Assembly: GCA_040902535.1 (NCBI GenBank)
Contig: JBBDXD010000001.1
Span: 145,161-209,160, forward strand
Reading direction: 5' to 3'
DNA from: Dehalococcoidia bacterium
Lineage (GTDB): Bacteria > Chloroflexota > Dehalococcoidia > DSTF01 > JACRBR01
Length of the DNA: 64,000 nt
This document shows, in pieces, positions 33,025 to 43,817 of this stretch. Below the pieces are notes generated by a model that was not told where the DNA came from, made no database searches, and saw only the letters and a program-made list of their open reading frames with translations. The number at the start of each line of letters is the position of its first letter. Position 1 is the first letter of the stretch. The position numbers were made by a program, and so were the translations under genes.

Positions 33025-35847
33025 TCAGCCGCCGGCTTCGGCGAACTCCAGTGCGGCCTCTTCGTCCGAGACGAGCGGACCCTTCGCGACTTCCAGTTCG
33101 CCCCAGTTCTTGCCCGTCTTGATGTCGATCTTCAGCGGCACCACGAGGTCGAGCGACTTCGGCATGACGCGCAGCGCGATGTCTCTCACCGCGTCCAGTT
33201 CGGCGCGCGGACCTTCGAAGATCAACTCGTCGTGGACCTGCAGGGTCATCCGCGACTGCAAGTCACGCTCCATTAGCTCCTCGTCGATGCGGTTCATGGC
33301 GACCTTGATGATGTCGCTCGCCGTGCCCTGCACGGGCATGTTGATCGCCATTCGTTCGCCCGAAGACCTGATCTGGTAGTTCGGCGATTTGATCTCCGGT
33401 ATATACCGGCGGCGCCCCATCATCGTCTCGGCGTAACCCAGCGTGCGGCAACTTTCGATCGCGCCGTCGCGCCACGCACGCACCTTCTCGTACTTCTCGA
33501 AGTAGCGGCGGATGAACGTCGCCGCCTCTTCGCGGGGAATGCGCTCCTTCGTCGAGAGGCCATATTCGCTCAATCCGTACAGCACGCCGAAGTTGAATAC
33601 CTTCGCGCGGCGCCGCATCTCCGATGTCACCTCGTCGAGCGGCACGTCGAACACGCTCGACGCCGTGGCAGCGTGAATGTCTTCGTCCTGGACGAACGCT
33701 TCGATCAGCGCCGGATCCTGGCTCAGATGCGCCATGATGCGCAGTTCGATCTGCGAGTAGTCCGCGGCGAGCAGCATCGGCTCCTTGCCGATATCCCGGG
33801 CGATGAACGCGCGCCGGATCTTGTTGCCGTAGCCCGTGCGTACGGGGATGTTCTGCAAATTCGGGTCGTTCGACGACAGGCGCCCTGTGGCGGCGGTCAC
33901 CTGGTTGAACGTGCTGTGGATGCGGTTCGTCTTCGGATGAATGAGGCCCGGCAGCGCGTCCACGTACGTCGATTTGAGCTTCGAGACGCCGCGATAGCGC
34001 ATAATCAGGTCGACCACCGGGTGCAGCCCGCGCAGCGTATCCATCGCCGTCGCGTCGGTCGTGTAGCCGAGCTTCGTGCGGCGCGTCTTCGGCAGCGCCA
34101 GCTCCTCGAACAGGATCTGCGAGAGCTGCTGCGGCGATCCGATGTTGAACTCGTGCCCGACGACGGCGTAGATCTCACGCTCGATGCCCTGCAGCTCGGC
34201 CTGCATCTCGCGCGACATGTCGACGAGCTGATTCGGCTCGACGGCGACGCCCAACAACTCCATCCGCGCCAGCACCGCCATCAACGGCATCTCCACGTCA
34301 TCGAAGAGCGGCCAGAGGTTACGCGCCCGGAGTTCGCCATCGAGGATCTCCGACGCACGGATCTGCGCGTCGGCCTGCACGCAGCAGAATTCGCACGCCG
34401 CGTCGATCGCCACGCCGGACATCGTGATCTGGTTCTTCCCGTTCTTGCCGATCAGCTCGATCAGCGCGGAAATGCGCATGTCGAGACGCTCCGCGGCCAG
34501 CGACTGGATCGACATGTTCGCGTACCCCAGCAGGTACGACGCGATCCTCGTGTCGAAGCGCATGCCGCGCATCGTGACGCCGTGGTTCGCGAGCACCAGG
34601 AAGTCGAAATGACCGTTGTGCGTGATCTTCTGGATGGCCGCGTCTTCAAGCACAGGCCGCAGCGCGTCGAGCACCGTCGCTTCAACGAGTTGCGGCGCAT
34701 CTCCCAGCCCGAGGTTATGACCGATGGGAATGTACGACGCCTTGCCGGGCGCCGTTGCCACGGAGATGCCGACGAGCACGCCGCGCATGCCGTTCGTGTC
34801 GGTGTTCTCGACATGGACGGCTATCCGCCCCGACGCCTGGATCTCCTTGACGAGCGCCTTCAGGTCCTTCTCCGACGCTACCGTGCGAAAGTCGCGCTCG
34901 CCTTCGAACGCCGGCGGCGGCGGCGTCTTGGTGGCGCCGAGCCCCGCCGGGATACGCTCGATGAGCGAGCGAAACTCGAGTTCGGCGAACAGCTTCTCGA
35001 CCTCCGTCCGGTCGAAGACCTGCAGCCGCGCTGCGTCGAGCTCGAGCGTCACCGGCACTTCGCGGTCGATCGTCGCGAGGTCCTTGCTCAGGCGCGCTGC
35101 GCCTTCGTTCTCGCGCAATTTCTGTCGCATCTTCTCGGGCATGACTTCGTCGATGCGGTCGTAGATGCCTTCGACGGTTTCGAACTGCTGGAGAAGCTTC
35201 GTCGCCGTCTTGTCGCCGACACCGGGCACGCCGGGAATGTTGTCTGACGGGTCGCCCTTGAGCCCCTTGTAGTCGGGAATCTGCTCCGGCCCCAGCCCGT
35301 AGCGCTCGCGGACGGCTTCGACGCCGTACGTAATCGCCGCCTGCCCCTTCACGTACGGCCGGTACAGGTACACGTCGACCCCGGGCTCGACGAGCTGGAG
35401 CAAGTCCGTGTCCAGCGTGACGATCGTCACGGGGATGCCGCCAGCCTTCGCCTGGCGCGCCAGCGTGCCGACGAGATCGTCGGCCTCGTAGCCCGGCGCT
35501 TCGAACACCGGCATCTCGAACGCATCGATGACCTGACGGATCCGCGTAATCTGCTGGCGCAACTCATCGGGCATTGCGGCGCGCGTCGCTTTGTAGCTGG
35601 CGTCCTTCTCGGCGCGCTTCGTCTTCCCTGGCGCATCGAGGCACATCAGCACGTGCGAAGGCTCGAGGTCGTTGAGGATGCTCAGGAACGTGCTCGTGAA
35701 GCCGTAGACCGCCGTCGTGATCTCGCCCGTGCGGCGCACGGAGAACTCCACAGCCCTCGATGACTGGCTCCCCTGGAAGACCATGAAGGAGCGATAGATG
35801 AGGCTGTGACCATCGACGAGAATGAGCCGGGGCTTCTGTTCGGGCAC
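33025..35847 (-). CDS. polA: DNA polymerase I
   Basis: MPEQKPRLILVDGHSLIYRSF (5'-3' exonuclease), 3'-5' exonuclease-like middle, and polymerase motifs RRRAKVFNFGVLYG and VHDELIFE. Confidence 0.95.
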   Translation of the reverse strand: MPEQKPRLILVDGHSLIYRSFMVFQGSQSSRAVEFSVRRTGEITTAVYGFTSTFLSILNDLEPSHVLMCLDAPGKTKRAEKDASYKATRAAMPDELRQQITRIRQVIDAFEMPVFEAPGYEADDLVGTLARQAKAGGIPVTIVTLDTDLLQLVEPGVDVYLYRPYVKGQAAITYGVEAVRERYGLGPEQIPDYKGLKGDPSDNIPGVPGVGDKTATKLLQQFETVEGIYDRIDEVMPEKMRQKLRENEGAARLSKDLATIDREVPVTLELDAARLQVFDRTEVEKLFAELEFRSLIERIPAGLGATKTPPPPAFEGERDFRTVASEKDLKALVKEIQASGRIAVHVENTDTNGMRGVLVGISVATAPGKASYIPIGHNLGLGDAPQLVEATVLDALRPVLEDAAIQKITHNGHFDFLVLANHGVTMRGMRFDTRIASYLLGYANMSIQSLAAERLDMRISALIELIGKNGKNQITMSGVAIDAACEFCCVQADAQIRASEILDGELRARNLWPLFDDVEMPLMAVLARMELLGVAVEPNQLVDMSREMQAELQGIEREIYAVVGHEFNIGSPQQLSQILFEELALPKTRRTKLGYTTDATAMDTLRGLHPVVDLIMRYRGVSKLKSTYVDALPGLIHPKTNRIHSTFNQVTAATGRLSSNDPNLQNIPVRTGYGNKIRRAFIARDIGKEPMLLAADYSQIELRIMAHLSQDPALIEAFVQDEDIHAATASSVFDVPLDEVTSEMRRRAKVFNFGVLYGLSEYGLSTKERIPREEAATFIRRYFEKYEKVRAWRDGAIESCRTLGYAETMMGRRRYIPEIKSPNYQIRSSGERMAINMPVQGTASDIIKVAMNRIDEELMERDLQSRMTLQVHDELIFEGPRAELDAVRDIALRVMPKSLDLVVPLKIDIKTGKNWGELEVAKGPLVSDEEAALEFAEAGG

Positions 35848-35901
35848 GGTTGATTATACGCCCCGGGCTGCCGTTGTACTCCGCCCGCTCCGCTTCGCTT
35901 C

Positions 35902-37011
35902 CTAGATGGCGAAGTTCTCGACGAGCATATCCAACGCCAGCGCGAGCGGCGGCCGCAGCGCCGTGCCGGCGAACGAATCGGCGAGCGCGCGCGCGACCGG
36001 CGAGGTGCGGCTGTAGTTGCGTCCACCGCTCAACGCAAACAGCTCCGCGCAAAGCTTCGTCGATTCCTGCGTGACATACGTCTTCGCGCGGATCACGCGC
36101 ATGCTCAGCGAGCGCGGCTCCAGCGTCTCGCCGCGCAGCACCGCCGTCTCGTGCAGGTACGCCGTCAGCGCTTCGAGGCGCATCTGCGCGTCGGCGAGGC
36201 GCAGCCGCAGCGCTGGTGACTGCGGCACGGGATTCGCGACCTGCGCCAGGATCGACGCGGCGCAACCCAGCGGGACCGCCGCAAACAGGCAGTACCACGC
36301 GGTTGACGGCGCCGCGTGTTCGAGGAAGTCGGGATAACCGAGCATGCCGTCGGCCGGCGCATCGTCGTACCGCACGCTCTGGCTTTCCGTCGAGCGCATG
36401 CCGAAGCCGTCCCAGTCGGCGGCGATCGCGACGCCGGGCGCGTCCGTCTTCACGTAGAACATCTCGACGACGCCGCCGCCGGGCAGGTCGTCCTGCGTCA
36501 CTTTTGCCGATGAAAAGAAGTAATCCGCGTACTTCCCCGTCGTCGCGAGGATCTTGTCACCGCTGACGCGCCACGTTCCACCGACCAGCCGCGCGGTCGT
36601 CTTCGTCGCGGCAAGCGACCCGCCCGCGCCCTTCTCGGAGTTGCAGGCGGCGTACCACTTGCCGGCGCGGTACTCGGCGGCAATCGCCTCGGACTGCTCG
36701 TTCCACAGGCCTCGATGCTGCTCCGGAATCGCTTCAAGAGGCGCCCCGTAGACGCTCGCAAGCCCCAGCGGCATCGAGAGCATCAGCGCCGTCGATGGCG
36801 ACTGCTTTGCGACGGTCTCCGTCATCCGCACAGCATCGAGCAGCGAAGCGCCTGCGCCTCCGAGATGCTCCGGAAACGGCGCGATCAGCACGCCCGACCG
36901 CTTGATGTCAGCGATGTTCTCGGCGGGGTAGACGTCCGGCGCGGCGGCGTCGCGGGCGGCGAAGCCCGCAGCGATCTCCGCAAGGTCGCTCACTGAGGCG
37001 GTGTTCGTCAT
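35902..37011 (-). CDS. acyl-CoA dehydrogenase family protein
   Basis: About 370 aa with ACAD-like middle and C-terminal domains (GGGVVEMFYVKT..., ...GGRNYSRTSPVARALADS...). The start MTNTASV at 37011 is preceded by a track-ORF shadow extension. Confidence 0.7.
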   Translation of the reverse strand: MTNTASVSDLAEIAAGFAARDAAAPDVYPAENIADIKRSGVLIAPFPEHLGGAGASLLDAVRMTETVAKQSPSTALMLSMPLGLASVYGAPLEAIPEQHRGLWNEQSEAIAAEYRAGKWYAACNSEKGAGGSLAATKTTARLVGGTWRVSGDKILATTGKYADYFFSSAKVTQDDLPGGGVVEMFYVKTDAPGVAIAADWDGFGMRSTESQSVRYDDAPADGMLGYPDFLEHAAPSTAWYCLFAAVPLGCAASILAQVANPVPQSPALRLRLADAQMRLEALTAYLHETAVLRGETLEPRSLSMRVIRAKTYVTQESTKLCAELFALSGGRNYSRTSPVARALADSFAGTALRPPLALALDMLVENFAI

Positions 37012-37154
37012 GGTAGTCACCCCTGCTGCGCAGATTCTAAAGACGGTGTCGGTGGGCCGTACCGGCCACAGGCCACATAATGGTGTCCGATTCCACGCGC
37101 TGTTGCATCCGTCCGCGGAGTGCGGGGCACCCCGGACGCACACGAGGAGCCATT

Positions 37155-37952
37155 ATGCCTGACTACCAGCACATCCTCTACGAACCGCGCGGCGGCGTCC
37201 TGCTCATCACGCTGAACCGCCCCGAAAAGCTCAACGCCTGGACGCAGATCATGGAGAACGAAGTGATCGACGCGACGCGCCAGGCGGCGGCTGATCCGGC
37301 CATCGGCTGCGTCGTCATCACCGGTGCCGGTCGCGGGTTCTGCGCCGGCGCCGACATCGGCGGCTGGGACCGCGGACTGCGCGGGGAAGCGCCGAAGCGC
37401 CCCTCGAAGATGCTGCTGGAAGGTGGCAGCCCCGAGGTGCCGATCGCGCTGACGCACGGCAAGCCCGTGATCGCCGCGATCAACGGCGTGTCCGTGGGCG
37501 TCGGGCTGACCATGACGATGGCGTGCGACATCCGCATCGCGTCGACGGAGGCGCGGTTCTCGGCGCGGTTCGTGAAGGTCGGCCTCACGCCGGAGTGCGG
37601 CAGTTCGCGCTACCTGCCCCTCGTCGCCGGATTGCCGAACGCGCTGTACCTCACCCTCACTGGTCGCATCATCGATGCGGACGAAGCGCTGCAGCGGCGG
37701 CTCGTCGACCGCATCGTGCCGCCCGACCAGCTGATGCCCGAAGTGATGAAGCTCGCCGAAGAGATCGCCGCCAATCCGCACGAGGCGATCTGGGCGGCGA
37801 AGCGCTTGCTACACTCGAACGTGAATGAGACAGATCTGCGCAAGGTCGTGTCGCTCGAAAGCTATTCGATCCGCGAACGGCAAACAGAGCCCGACCACCG
37901 CGAGGCCGTGACGGCGTTCATGGAGAAGAGGCAGCCGGTCTTTAACCAATGA
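37155..37952 (+). CDS. enoyl-CoA hydratase/isomerase (crotonase family)
   Basis: LLITLNRPEKLNAW...VVITGAGRGFCAGADIGGW...AAINGVSVGVGLTMTMACDIRIAS crotonase signature; GAGGAG RBS before ATG 37155. Confidence 0.85.
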   Translation: MPDYQHILYEPRGGVLLITLNRPEKLNAWTQIMENEVIDATRQAAADPAIGCVVITGAGRGFCAGADIGGWDRGLRGEAPKRPSKMLLEGGSPEVPIALTHGKPVIAAINGVSVGVGLTMTMACDIRIASTEARFSARFVKVGLTPECGSSRYLPLVAGLPNALYLTLTGRIIDADEALQRRLVDRIVPPDQLMPEVMKLAEEIAANPHEAIWAAKRLLHSNVNETDLRKVVSLESYSIRERQTEPDHREAVTAFMEKRQPVFNQ

Positions 37953-38815
37953 CCACGACCAGGGAAGAACAGACGCCGCAGGAGACCGTCGCGGACTTCG
38001 TGCGCATGCTAGACGTGCGTCCGTCGGGGAACGACGTCTTCACCAGCGAGAGCAAACGCGAGCACGAAGACCAGCACCGGCTCTTCGGAGGCATCGTGCT
38101 CGCGCAGGCGACGATCGCAGCCGGGCGCACGGTCGAAGACGCGTCGATGCACTCGCTGCACGCCTACTTCCTGCGCGGCGGCCGCTTCGACGTGCCGGTG
38201 GAGTATCACGTCGAGCGCGTGCGCGATGGCCGCACGTTCAAGGCGCGACGCGTGCTCGTGCGCCAGGGCGGCGACGCGATCTGCGATGTGACGACGAGCT
38301 TCGCCCACCAGGAAGAGGGCATCGCGCATCAGGATCCGATGCCGGACGCGCCCGACCCGGAGACGCTCGTCGATGCCCGCGAGCAGTTTCCGATGGAAGA
38401 CGGCACCATGTGGCCGTACGGCCCGATCGAGTGGCGGCTGTGCGAGCCTCCGGACTACATCGCGAAGCCGGGCGAGCGGCCGCTCGTGCGAGAATGGGCG
38501 CGCATGCGACATCCCTTGCCGGCGGACCCGGTGTTGCACGCCGCTGCGCTCGTCTTCGCTAGCGACGCAGGATCGTTCTCGGCGATCGAGCGCCGCTACG
38601 GCGACGAGGGCATGGAGTGGCGCGCCTCGGCGAGCCTGGACCACGCGTTCTGGCTCCACCACCCGATCTTCTGGGACGGCTGGATCCTCATGACCACAGA
38701 GAGCCCCGTCGCATACTCGGCACGCGCGCTGTCGTATCGCGCGTTCTACACCCACGGCGGCCTGCAGGTCGCATCCATGGCGCAGGAGGCGGTCGTGCGG
38801 CGGAAGCGCGAGTGA
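37949..38815 (+). CDS. tesB: acyl-CoA thioesterase II
   Basis: Double hot-dog TesB pattern (...LFGGIVLAQATIAAG...SLHAYFLRGG...DGRTFKARRVLVRQGG...). The start overlaps the upstream stop. Confidence 0.8.
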   Translation: MTTTREEQTPQETVADFVRMLDVRPSGNDVFTSESKREHEDQHRLFGGIVLAQATIAAGRTVEDASMHSLHAYFLRGGRFDVPVEYHVERVRDGRTFKARRVLVRQGGDAICDVTTSFAHQEEGIAHQDPMPDAPDPETLVDAREQFPMEDGTMWPYGPIEWRLCEPPDYIAKPGERPLVREWARMRHPLPADPVLHAAALVFASDAGSFSAIERRYGDEGMEWRASASLDHAFWLHHPIFWDGWILMTTESPVAYSARALSYRAFYTHGGLQVASMAQEAVVRRKRE

Positions 38816-38879
38816 TCGCCGTCGACTGCCACGTATCGACCGTCACTTACCACGAGCGCTGGCGGCCGCTTGACCACGA

Positions 38880-38900
38880 GCGCGGGCTGAAAGCCCGCGC
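38880..38900. terminator. candidate bidirectional stem-loop between the convergent tesB and glycosyltransferase genes
   Basis: GCGCGGGCT-GAA-AGCCCGCGC is a perfect 9-bp GC-rich stem centred between stops at 38815 (+) and 38975 (-); there is no strong U-tract. Confidence 0.4.
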
Positions 38901-38974
38901 GTAATACCAGCACAAGCGCTCGATATTCGATGAGTGTATTCAATGATCGCACTCACCGCATCCGGTAGCCCCGT

Positions 38975-40120
38975 CTACTTTCCCGCGACCTTGTAATACA
39001 ACGCCTCGTGCGCGTCCGCGACGTGCTCCCACGAGTACTCGCGCTTCGCGTACGCCAGCGACGCAGCGCGCCGCTCCTCGACGAGCGCCGGCGACGCAAT
39101 GAGTTCGCACAGGCGCTCACGCAGCGACTCCACCGGGCGCCCGATCTCGAAGCTCAGGCCCGCTTCGCCGACCGTCTCGAGATTCTCCGCGATGTTGCTG
39201 ACGAGCACGCAGTTCCCGTAGCCCATCGCTTCGACGAGCGACAGCGCGGTGCCTTCGATCTCCGACGGCTGCACGTAGGCGTACGCGTGCGCGAACAGCT
39301 CGCGCGTGGCCTCGCCGTAGACCGGGCCGAGCAGTCGCACGCGTGCGTCCTTCGCTGCGCGCCCTTCCAGCGAGCGCCAGTACGAAGCGTCGCCGGAGCC
39401 ATCGCCCACGATGACGCACTGCATGTCTGCCTCCACTCCGGCGAAGGCGTCGATCAGGTGATGCACGCCCTTCTCCGGCGTGATCCGCCCGACGAACAAC
39501 ACGTAGCCGCCGCCGCGCAGCCCATAGGTGTCGAGTGCGGCGCGTCCATCAACCTCGCGCGTGTCGACGCCGTGCGCGATGTAGACCGGCTCGCGGCCGA
39601 ACTTCTCTCGATAGTAGCGCGCGACCTCGCGCGAGTCGGTGATACAGGCGCCCGATGCACGGATCGCGAACAGCGACGACCGCTCAAGAAGCGACTTCGC
39701 GATGCGGCCCCACTTGCGGCGTCGCCAGTCCATGCCGTCGACGGAGATGACGGTGCCTTTGCCAGCCAGGCGCAGCAGCGGCAGCCACGGTGCGTTGCCG
39801 ACGCCAAAGACGTGCACAACGTCGGAGCGGTGAAACAGCGCGTGTACGCCGGACAGCGCTGTGTGGCTCGGCGTATCGACGTGCTTTTCGCGGATCGACG
39901 GGAGCAGCACGCGCCGCATGCCCCGGTGTACGACGGCGCCGGTCGCGGAGTTGTGCGCGCGGCAGTACGCTGTCACGCGGTGTCCGCGCTCGACCATGCG
40001 CGCGCCGACCTCCTCAGCGACGGTCTCGAGACCGCCGTAGTTCGCGGGGACGCCGCGCATGCCGAGCATGGCGATGCGCAACGGCCGCACCGCCGCCTGC
40101 GCGTCTGTGCTGTGAGTCAT
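38975..40120 (-). CDS. glycosyltransferase family 4 (GT-B)
   Basis: LRIAMLGMRGVPANYGGLETVAEEVGARMVERGH N-domain. C-terminal EX7E-like region (GEAGLSFE, ...SEIEGTALSLVEAMGYGNCVLVSN). Confidence 0.8.
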   Translation of the reverse strand: MTHSTDAQAAVRPLRIAMLGMRGVPANYGGLETVAEEVGARMVERGHRVTAYCRAHNSATGAVVHRGMRRVLLPSIREKHVDTPSHTALSGVHALFHRSDVVHVFGVGNAPWLPLLRLAGKGTVISVDGMDWRRRKWGRIAKSLLERSSLFAIRASGACITDSREVARYYREKFGREPVYIAHGVDTREVDGRAALDTYGLRGGGYVLFVGRITPEKGVHHLIDAFAGVEADMQCVIVGDGSGDASYWRSLEGRAAKDARVRLLGPVYGEATRELFAHAYAYVQPSEIEGTALSLVEAMGYGNCVLVSNIAENLETVGEAGLSFEIGRPVESLRERLCELIASPALVEERRAASLAYAKREYSWEHVADAHEALYYKVAGK

Positions 40121-40123
40121 GGA

Positions 40124-41149
40124 TCAGAACACCCGGGGATATGGTTTGAGGGACTCGTGTACTTCCGTCAAGAGCTGCATCCAGCGCAGGTTGTAGTAAC
40201 GCGGGTGCAAAAGTTCCTGGCTGTCGATCTCACCCAGATGCTCGAGAATGCTGTCCACCGAATCCTTCACCGTGCGCTGCGGCGTGAAGCCCGTAGCCTC
40301 CGTCAGCCGCGCGTTCGACGTGCGATAGTTGCGGATGCGCCCGGTCGCCGGCGTCGGCGTCAATTCGATCGCGCCGACGATCGGCTCGACTGCTTCCGCG
40401 ACGACTTCGGCGAGTTCCTTGATCTGATAGTTCTCCTGCACGACGTTGAACACGCGCCCCGCGACGTGCTCGGCGGGCGCATCGAGCGCGGCGATGTGCG
40501 CCGCGGCGACGTCCTGCACATCGACCAACGGCCGCCACATGAATCCGCCTTCGTGCAGGAAAAGCTGGCGTTTGAGCAGCGCATCCTTCAAGAACGTGTT
40601 CACGACCAGGTCGTAGCGCATGCGCCGGCTGTACCCGCCGACCGTGCCCTGCCGGAGTAACACGACTTCGAGACCGCGCTTGCCCGCTTCGATGAGGCGC
40701 CGCTCCGCTTCGTACTTCGACTCCGAGTACGGGCCGATCGGCTGCACCGGCGCGTCCTCATCGAGGACGTCATCGCCGGCGAGACCGTCGTAGATCGAGC
40801 CGCTGGAGCCGAAGCTCAGGCGCTGTACGCCGGTGCGGATGCAGGCGTTCGCCAACTCTTCCGTGGCGATCGTGTTCATCTGCCAGTTGGCATTGGGATC
40901 GAGGTCCGCGGTCGGGTCGTTCGACAACCCGGCAAGGTGCACGACGGCATCCACGCCGTGGAGGTCTTCGTCGCGCATCTCGCGCACGTCGCGGGAGAGC
41001 AGATCGACGTTCGGCAGTGCATCGAGCCCGCAGGTGCCCCAGAAGAACCGGTCGAGCACGCGCACGCGGTCGCCGCGGTCGACAAGCTGCGCGACCAGCT
41101 CAACGCCCACGTAGCCAGCGCCGCCCGTCACGCAGATCAACTTGCTCAC
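40124..41149 (-). CDS. NAD-dependent sugar epimerase/dehydratase (SDR extended family)
   Basis: LICVTGGAGYVGVELVAQLV (Rossmann TGGAGxxG), YSESKYEAE (YxxxK). Confidence 0.85.
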   Translation of the reverse strand: MSKLICVTGGAGYVGVELVAQLVDRGDRVRVLDRFFWGTCGLDALPNVDLLSRDVREMRDEDLHGVDAVVHLAGLSNDPTADLDPNANWQMNTIATEELANACIRTGVQRLSFGSSGSIYDGLAGDDVLDEDAPVQPIGPYSESKYEAERRLIEAGKRGLEVVLLRQGTVGGYSRRMRYDLVVNTFLKDALLKRQLFLHEGGFMWRPLVDVQDVAAAHIAALDAPAEHVAGRVFNVVQENYQIKELAEVVAEAVEPIVGAIELTPTPATGRIRNYRTSNARLTEATGFTPQRTVKDSVDSILEHLGEIDSQELLHPRYYNLRWMQLLTEVHESLKPYPRVF

Positions 41150-42417
41150 GTCGCGACCCCCTGGTTCGATGTCACCAACTGCGGTTCCCGGCTCAGCGCT
41201 CGCTGGTAGATGGCAATGAGCTGGTCGTAGTGCCTTTGCGCACTGAATCTCTCTTCGATGAACGAACGTGCGTTGACGCCCATTGCACGTGCGCGGGGCG
41301 GATCGCCGGCCAATTCGTCGATGGCGCCTGCGAGTGCGGGGGTATCCCCGGCGCGGAAGACCAGGCCGGTCTCGCCGTGCTTCACGAGTTCCGGCAGACC
41401 ACCCAGGTCCGAGACGATGACCGCCCTCCCTCGCGCGGCCGCTTCCATGACACTGAGCGGTGCGTTCTCATACCACTCCGAAGGCGTGACCGTAAAGAGC
41501 GATTCGTCAAGAAGCGCCATTAGCCCCGCCTGCGGCAGGTGTCCTGTGAACCGCACGTTCGGCGCTCCGGCCTCCTGAGCGTATCGCTCGAGAGCGGCGC
41601 GGTCCTCGCCATCGCCCGCGATCACCAGTTCGCATGACTCGGCCGCCGAGCTTCGGGCAAACGCGTCGATTAGCGTGCGGATGCCCTTCACGCGCTCCAA
41701 CCGCCCGACGTACATGATGCGTCGTTTCGGCTCGATGTCCGGCATGTCGCGGGGTTCGATGAAGTTCGGCAGGTAGGTGATCTTCGCCGCATCCATCCCG
41801 AACTCCGCCGCCTTGCCCGCCAGAAACCTGCTCGGCGCGATGAAGCAGGCGACGTTTCGCCGGTACAGCCCGAGCGCCGAGTGCAGATATGCCTCCACGG
41901 TGCACAGGACGCTCTTGGCGCGCGAATCTTTCACGCATCCTTGCAGCGTGGCGTTGAAGAACGCGCCGCCTTTGCATCGCTCGCAGGGAGCGCCGTTCGC
42001 ATACAGCGTGTACGCGGGGCAAATCAACTTGTAGTCGTGCATCGTCAGCACGGCGGGAATGCGGTGCTTCGCGAGCACCCGCAGGACCGAAGGTGAAAGC
42101 TGATGGTAGATGTTGTGCAGATGCGCGACGTCCGGCCTCGTGGCGCGGATCAAGGCGTCGAGCTTCCGCGCCGCCTCTCGCGAGTACAGCATGCGGCCGG
42201 CCGCTGCGATGTTGGCAGAGATACCGGCGTCTTCGTCGCGCAGCTCGATGTTCGAGACGAAGTATCGCGCGTACGGCGTCGCCTCGTTCTCCGGATGCTG
42301 CATCGAGAACGGGATCACGTCGTGGCCGTGGCGCGCGAGCAACTCCGTCTGTGCGAAGTAGACGGTCTCGGCGCCGCCGCGACGGTAGTGGAACTTGTTG
42401 ACGTTCAGTACTCTCAT
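41146..42417 (-). CDS. glycosyltransferase family 4 (GT-B)
   Basis: MRVLNVNKFHYRRGGAETVYF..., C-terminal ...PSEWYENAPLSVMEAAARGRAVIVSDLGGLPELV. Confidence 0.8.
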   Translation of the reverse strand: MRVLNVNKFHYRRGGAETVYFAQTELLARHGHDVIPFSMQHPENEATPYARYFVSNIELRDEDAGISANIAAAGRMLYSREAARKLDALIRATRPDVAHLHNIYHQLSPSVLRVLAKHRIPAVLTMHDYKLICPAYTLYANGAPCERCKGGAFFNATLQGCVKDSRAKSVLCTVEAYLHSALGLYRRNVACFIAPSRFLAGKAAEFGMDAAKITYLPNFIEPRDMPDIEPKRRIMYVGRLERVKGIRTLIDAFARSSAAESCELVIAGDGEDRAALERYAQEAGAPNVRFTGHLPQAGLMALLDESLFTVTPSEWYENAPLSVMEAAARGRAVIVSDLGGLPELVKHGETGLVFRAGDTPALAGAIDELAGDPPRARAMGVNARSFIEERFSAQRHYDQLIAIYQRALSREPQLVTSNQGVAT

Positions 42418-43817
42418 GCGGCGGTCTTCACCTCCGCGTCGGACGGCGCCGCGTCGAGTAACGCCGGTCGCCGCTGGTAGGCGCCGCTCATCACGACGAT
42501 GACGCCGGCGAAGGCCCAGAAGTACCACTCGAGCACCGGGAAGATCAGGATGTTGTCGGCGAGCGCGGTCACCATGCGCGCCGCAAGCACCATGATGAAC
42601 GCGAGCATGAGATCGCGTCTGAACGGCGATTCGGCTTCGCGATGCCCCTTGAGCGCAATACCCAGCAATCCCTTGTACAGCATCAGGACGGCGAGCAGTC
42701 CCCAGATGCCGGTCTCGGCGAGCAGGCGGATGTACTCGTTGTGCGACAACGCACCGAGTTGGACATCGACGGCGCGCAACCCGGCGCCCGTGGTGACCAG
42801 TTCAAGCGGCGACGCCACCTCCAACGAATCACCCCACGTCTTCTGGCGCCAGAAGACCGACCCGGTGTCGCTCGTCGCTTCATCGATGCGCGTCTGTACA
42901 CCGGGTAGCGCGAAGAACAGCGCGCCGGCCGCCAGCGGCACGAGCAGCACCGCCCAGCGCGCCTTTGTAGCGAGGAAGATCGTGGACAGCACCGCGAGCC
43001 CGATCCAGGCGCCACGCGTCTGCGACCCGTAGATGCACAAAACCGTCGCAGGAATGAACAAGAACAGCCCTACGCGCACAAGCGGCGATTTGTTGTGCAT
43101 GAAGTACACGACGGAGAGCGGCAGCAGCCCGACCAGGAAAAACGCGTAAGGCGCGGGGTGCGTGAACGTGCCTACGAGCCTCGGCAGACCTTCGGTTTCC
43201 GGCGCCGTACCGCTGAAGAACTGATACAGGCCGACGGTGACCGGGATCACCGCCGCAAGGATCATCACGCCCAACATCATGCGCCAGTCCCGCTCCTCCT
43301 CCATCAGGTCGACGACCAGCACGTACACCATGAACGCGCTGAAGGCGCGCAGCCAGTCCTCGAGCGCCAGACCGACGTCCGGAGCGAGCGCAAGACCGAT
43401 AGCGGCAATGAGCAGATAGATCGCGAAGGGCTTCGTCAGCGGGATACGCCACAGATTCATGCGCCTGAGCCCGATATGCGCGACACCGATGCCGATGATG
43501 AGGAATGTCATCACCGCGGCGGCGTTCGCGTCGACGGAGCGCTCCCCGCCCAGCAGCGGCACCGTCGCGGCGACGTCGATGACGGCGCGGATCAGCAACA
43601 GCGTCAGCAGCGCAACGCGCGTATCCACGAGCGCGACGATGATGAACGCGCACACGACGGATGACGCAAGCGCTGCCTCCATAGGCAACTGCAGTAGGAG
43701 CAACGCGACGAGGCCCCCCATGACGAGCCCGAGCCACACGTCGTTGCGCCGCCGGATCCAGCGGGCCGTGCTGTGGCGTCGTGGGCGGGGCGATGCCGCT
43801 GTTGCGGTGACTGCCAT
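42414..43817 (-). CDS. O-antigen ligase/polymerase-like (Wzy_C family) membrane protein
   Basis: About 10 TM helices, a large periplasmic loop with GSQTRGAWIG and HNEYIRLLAETGIWGL (Wzy_C/O-antigen-ligase hallmark). Confidence 0.75.
   Translation of the reverse strand: MAVTATAASPRPRRHSTARWIRRRNDVWLGLVMGGLVALLLLQLPMEAALASSVVCAFIIVALVDTRVALLTLLLIRAVIDVAATVPLLGGERSVDANAAAVMTFLIIGIGVAHIGLRRMNLWRIPLTKPFAIYLLIAAIGLALAPDVGLALEDWLRAFSAFMVYVLVVDLMEEERDWRMMLGVMILAAVIPVTVGLYQFFSGTAPETEGLPRLVGTFTHPAPYAFFLVGLLPLSVVYFMHNKSPLVRVGLFLFIPATVLCIYGSQTRGAWIGLAVLSTIFLATKARWAVLLVPLAAGALFFALPGVQTRIDEATSDTGSVFWRQKTWGDSLEVASPLELVTTGAGLRAVDVQLGALSHNEYIRLLAETGIWGLLAVLMLYKGLLGIALKGHREAESPFRRDLMLAFIMVLAARMVTALADNILIFPVLEWYFWAFAGVIVVMSGAYQRRPALLDAAPSDAEVKTAA

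Noticed and set aside
33673-35247. 524-aa plus-strand ORF inside polA
   Set aside because: It is antisense to DNA polymerase I, with an Arg/Leu/Asp-rich biased composition and no start context.
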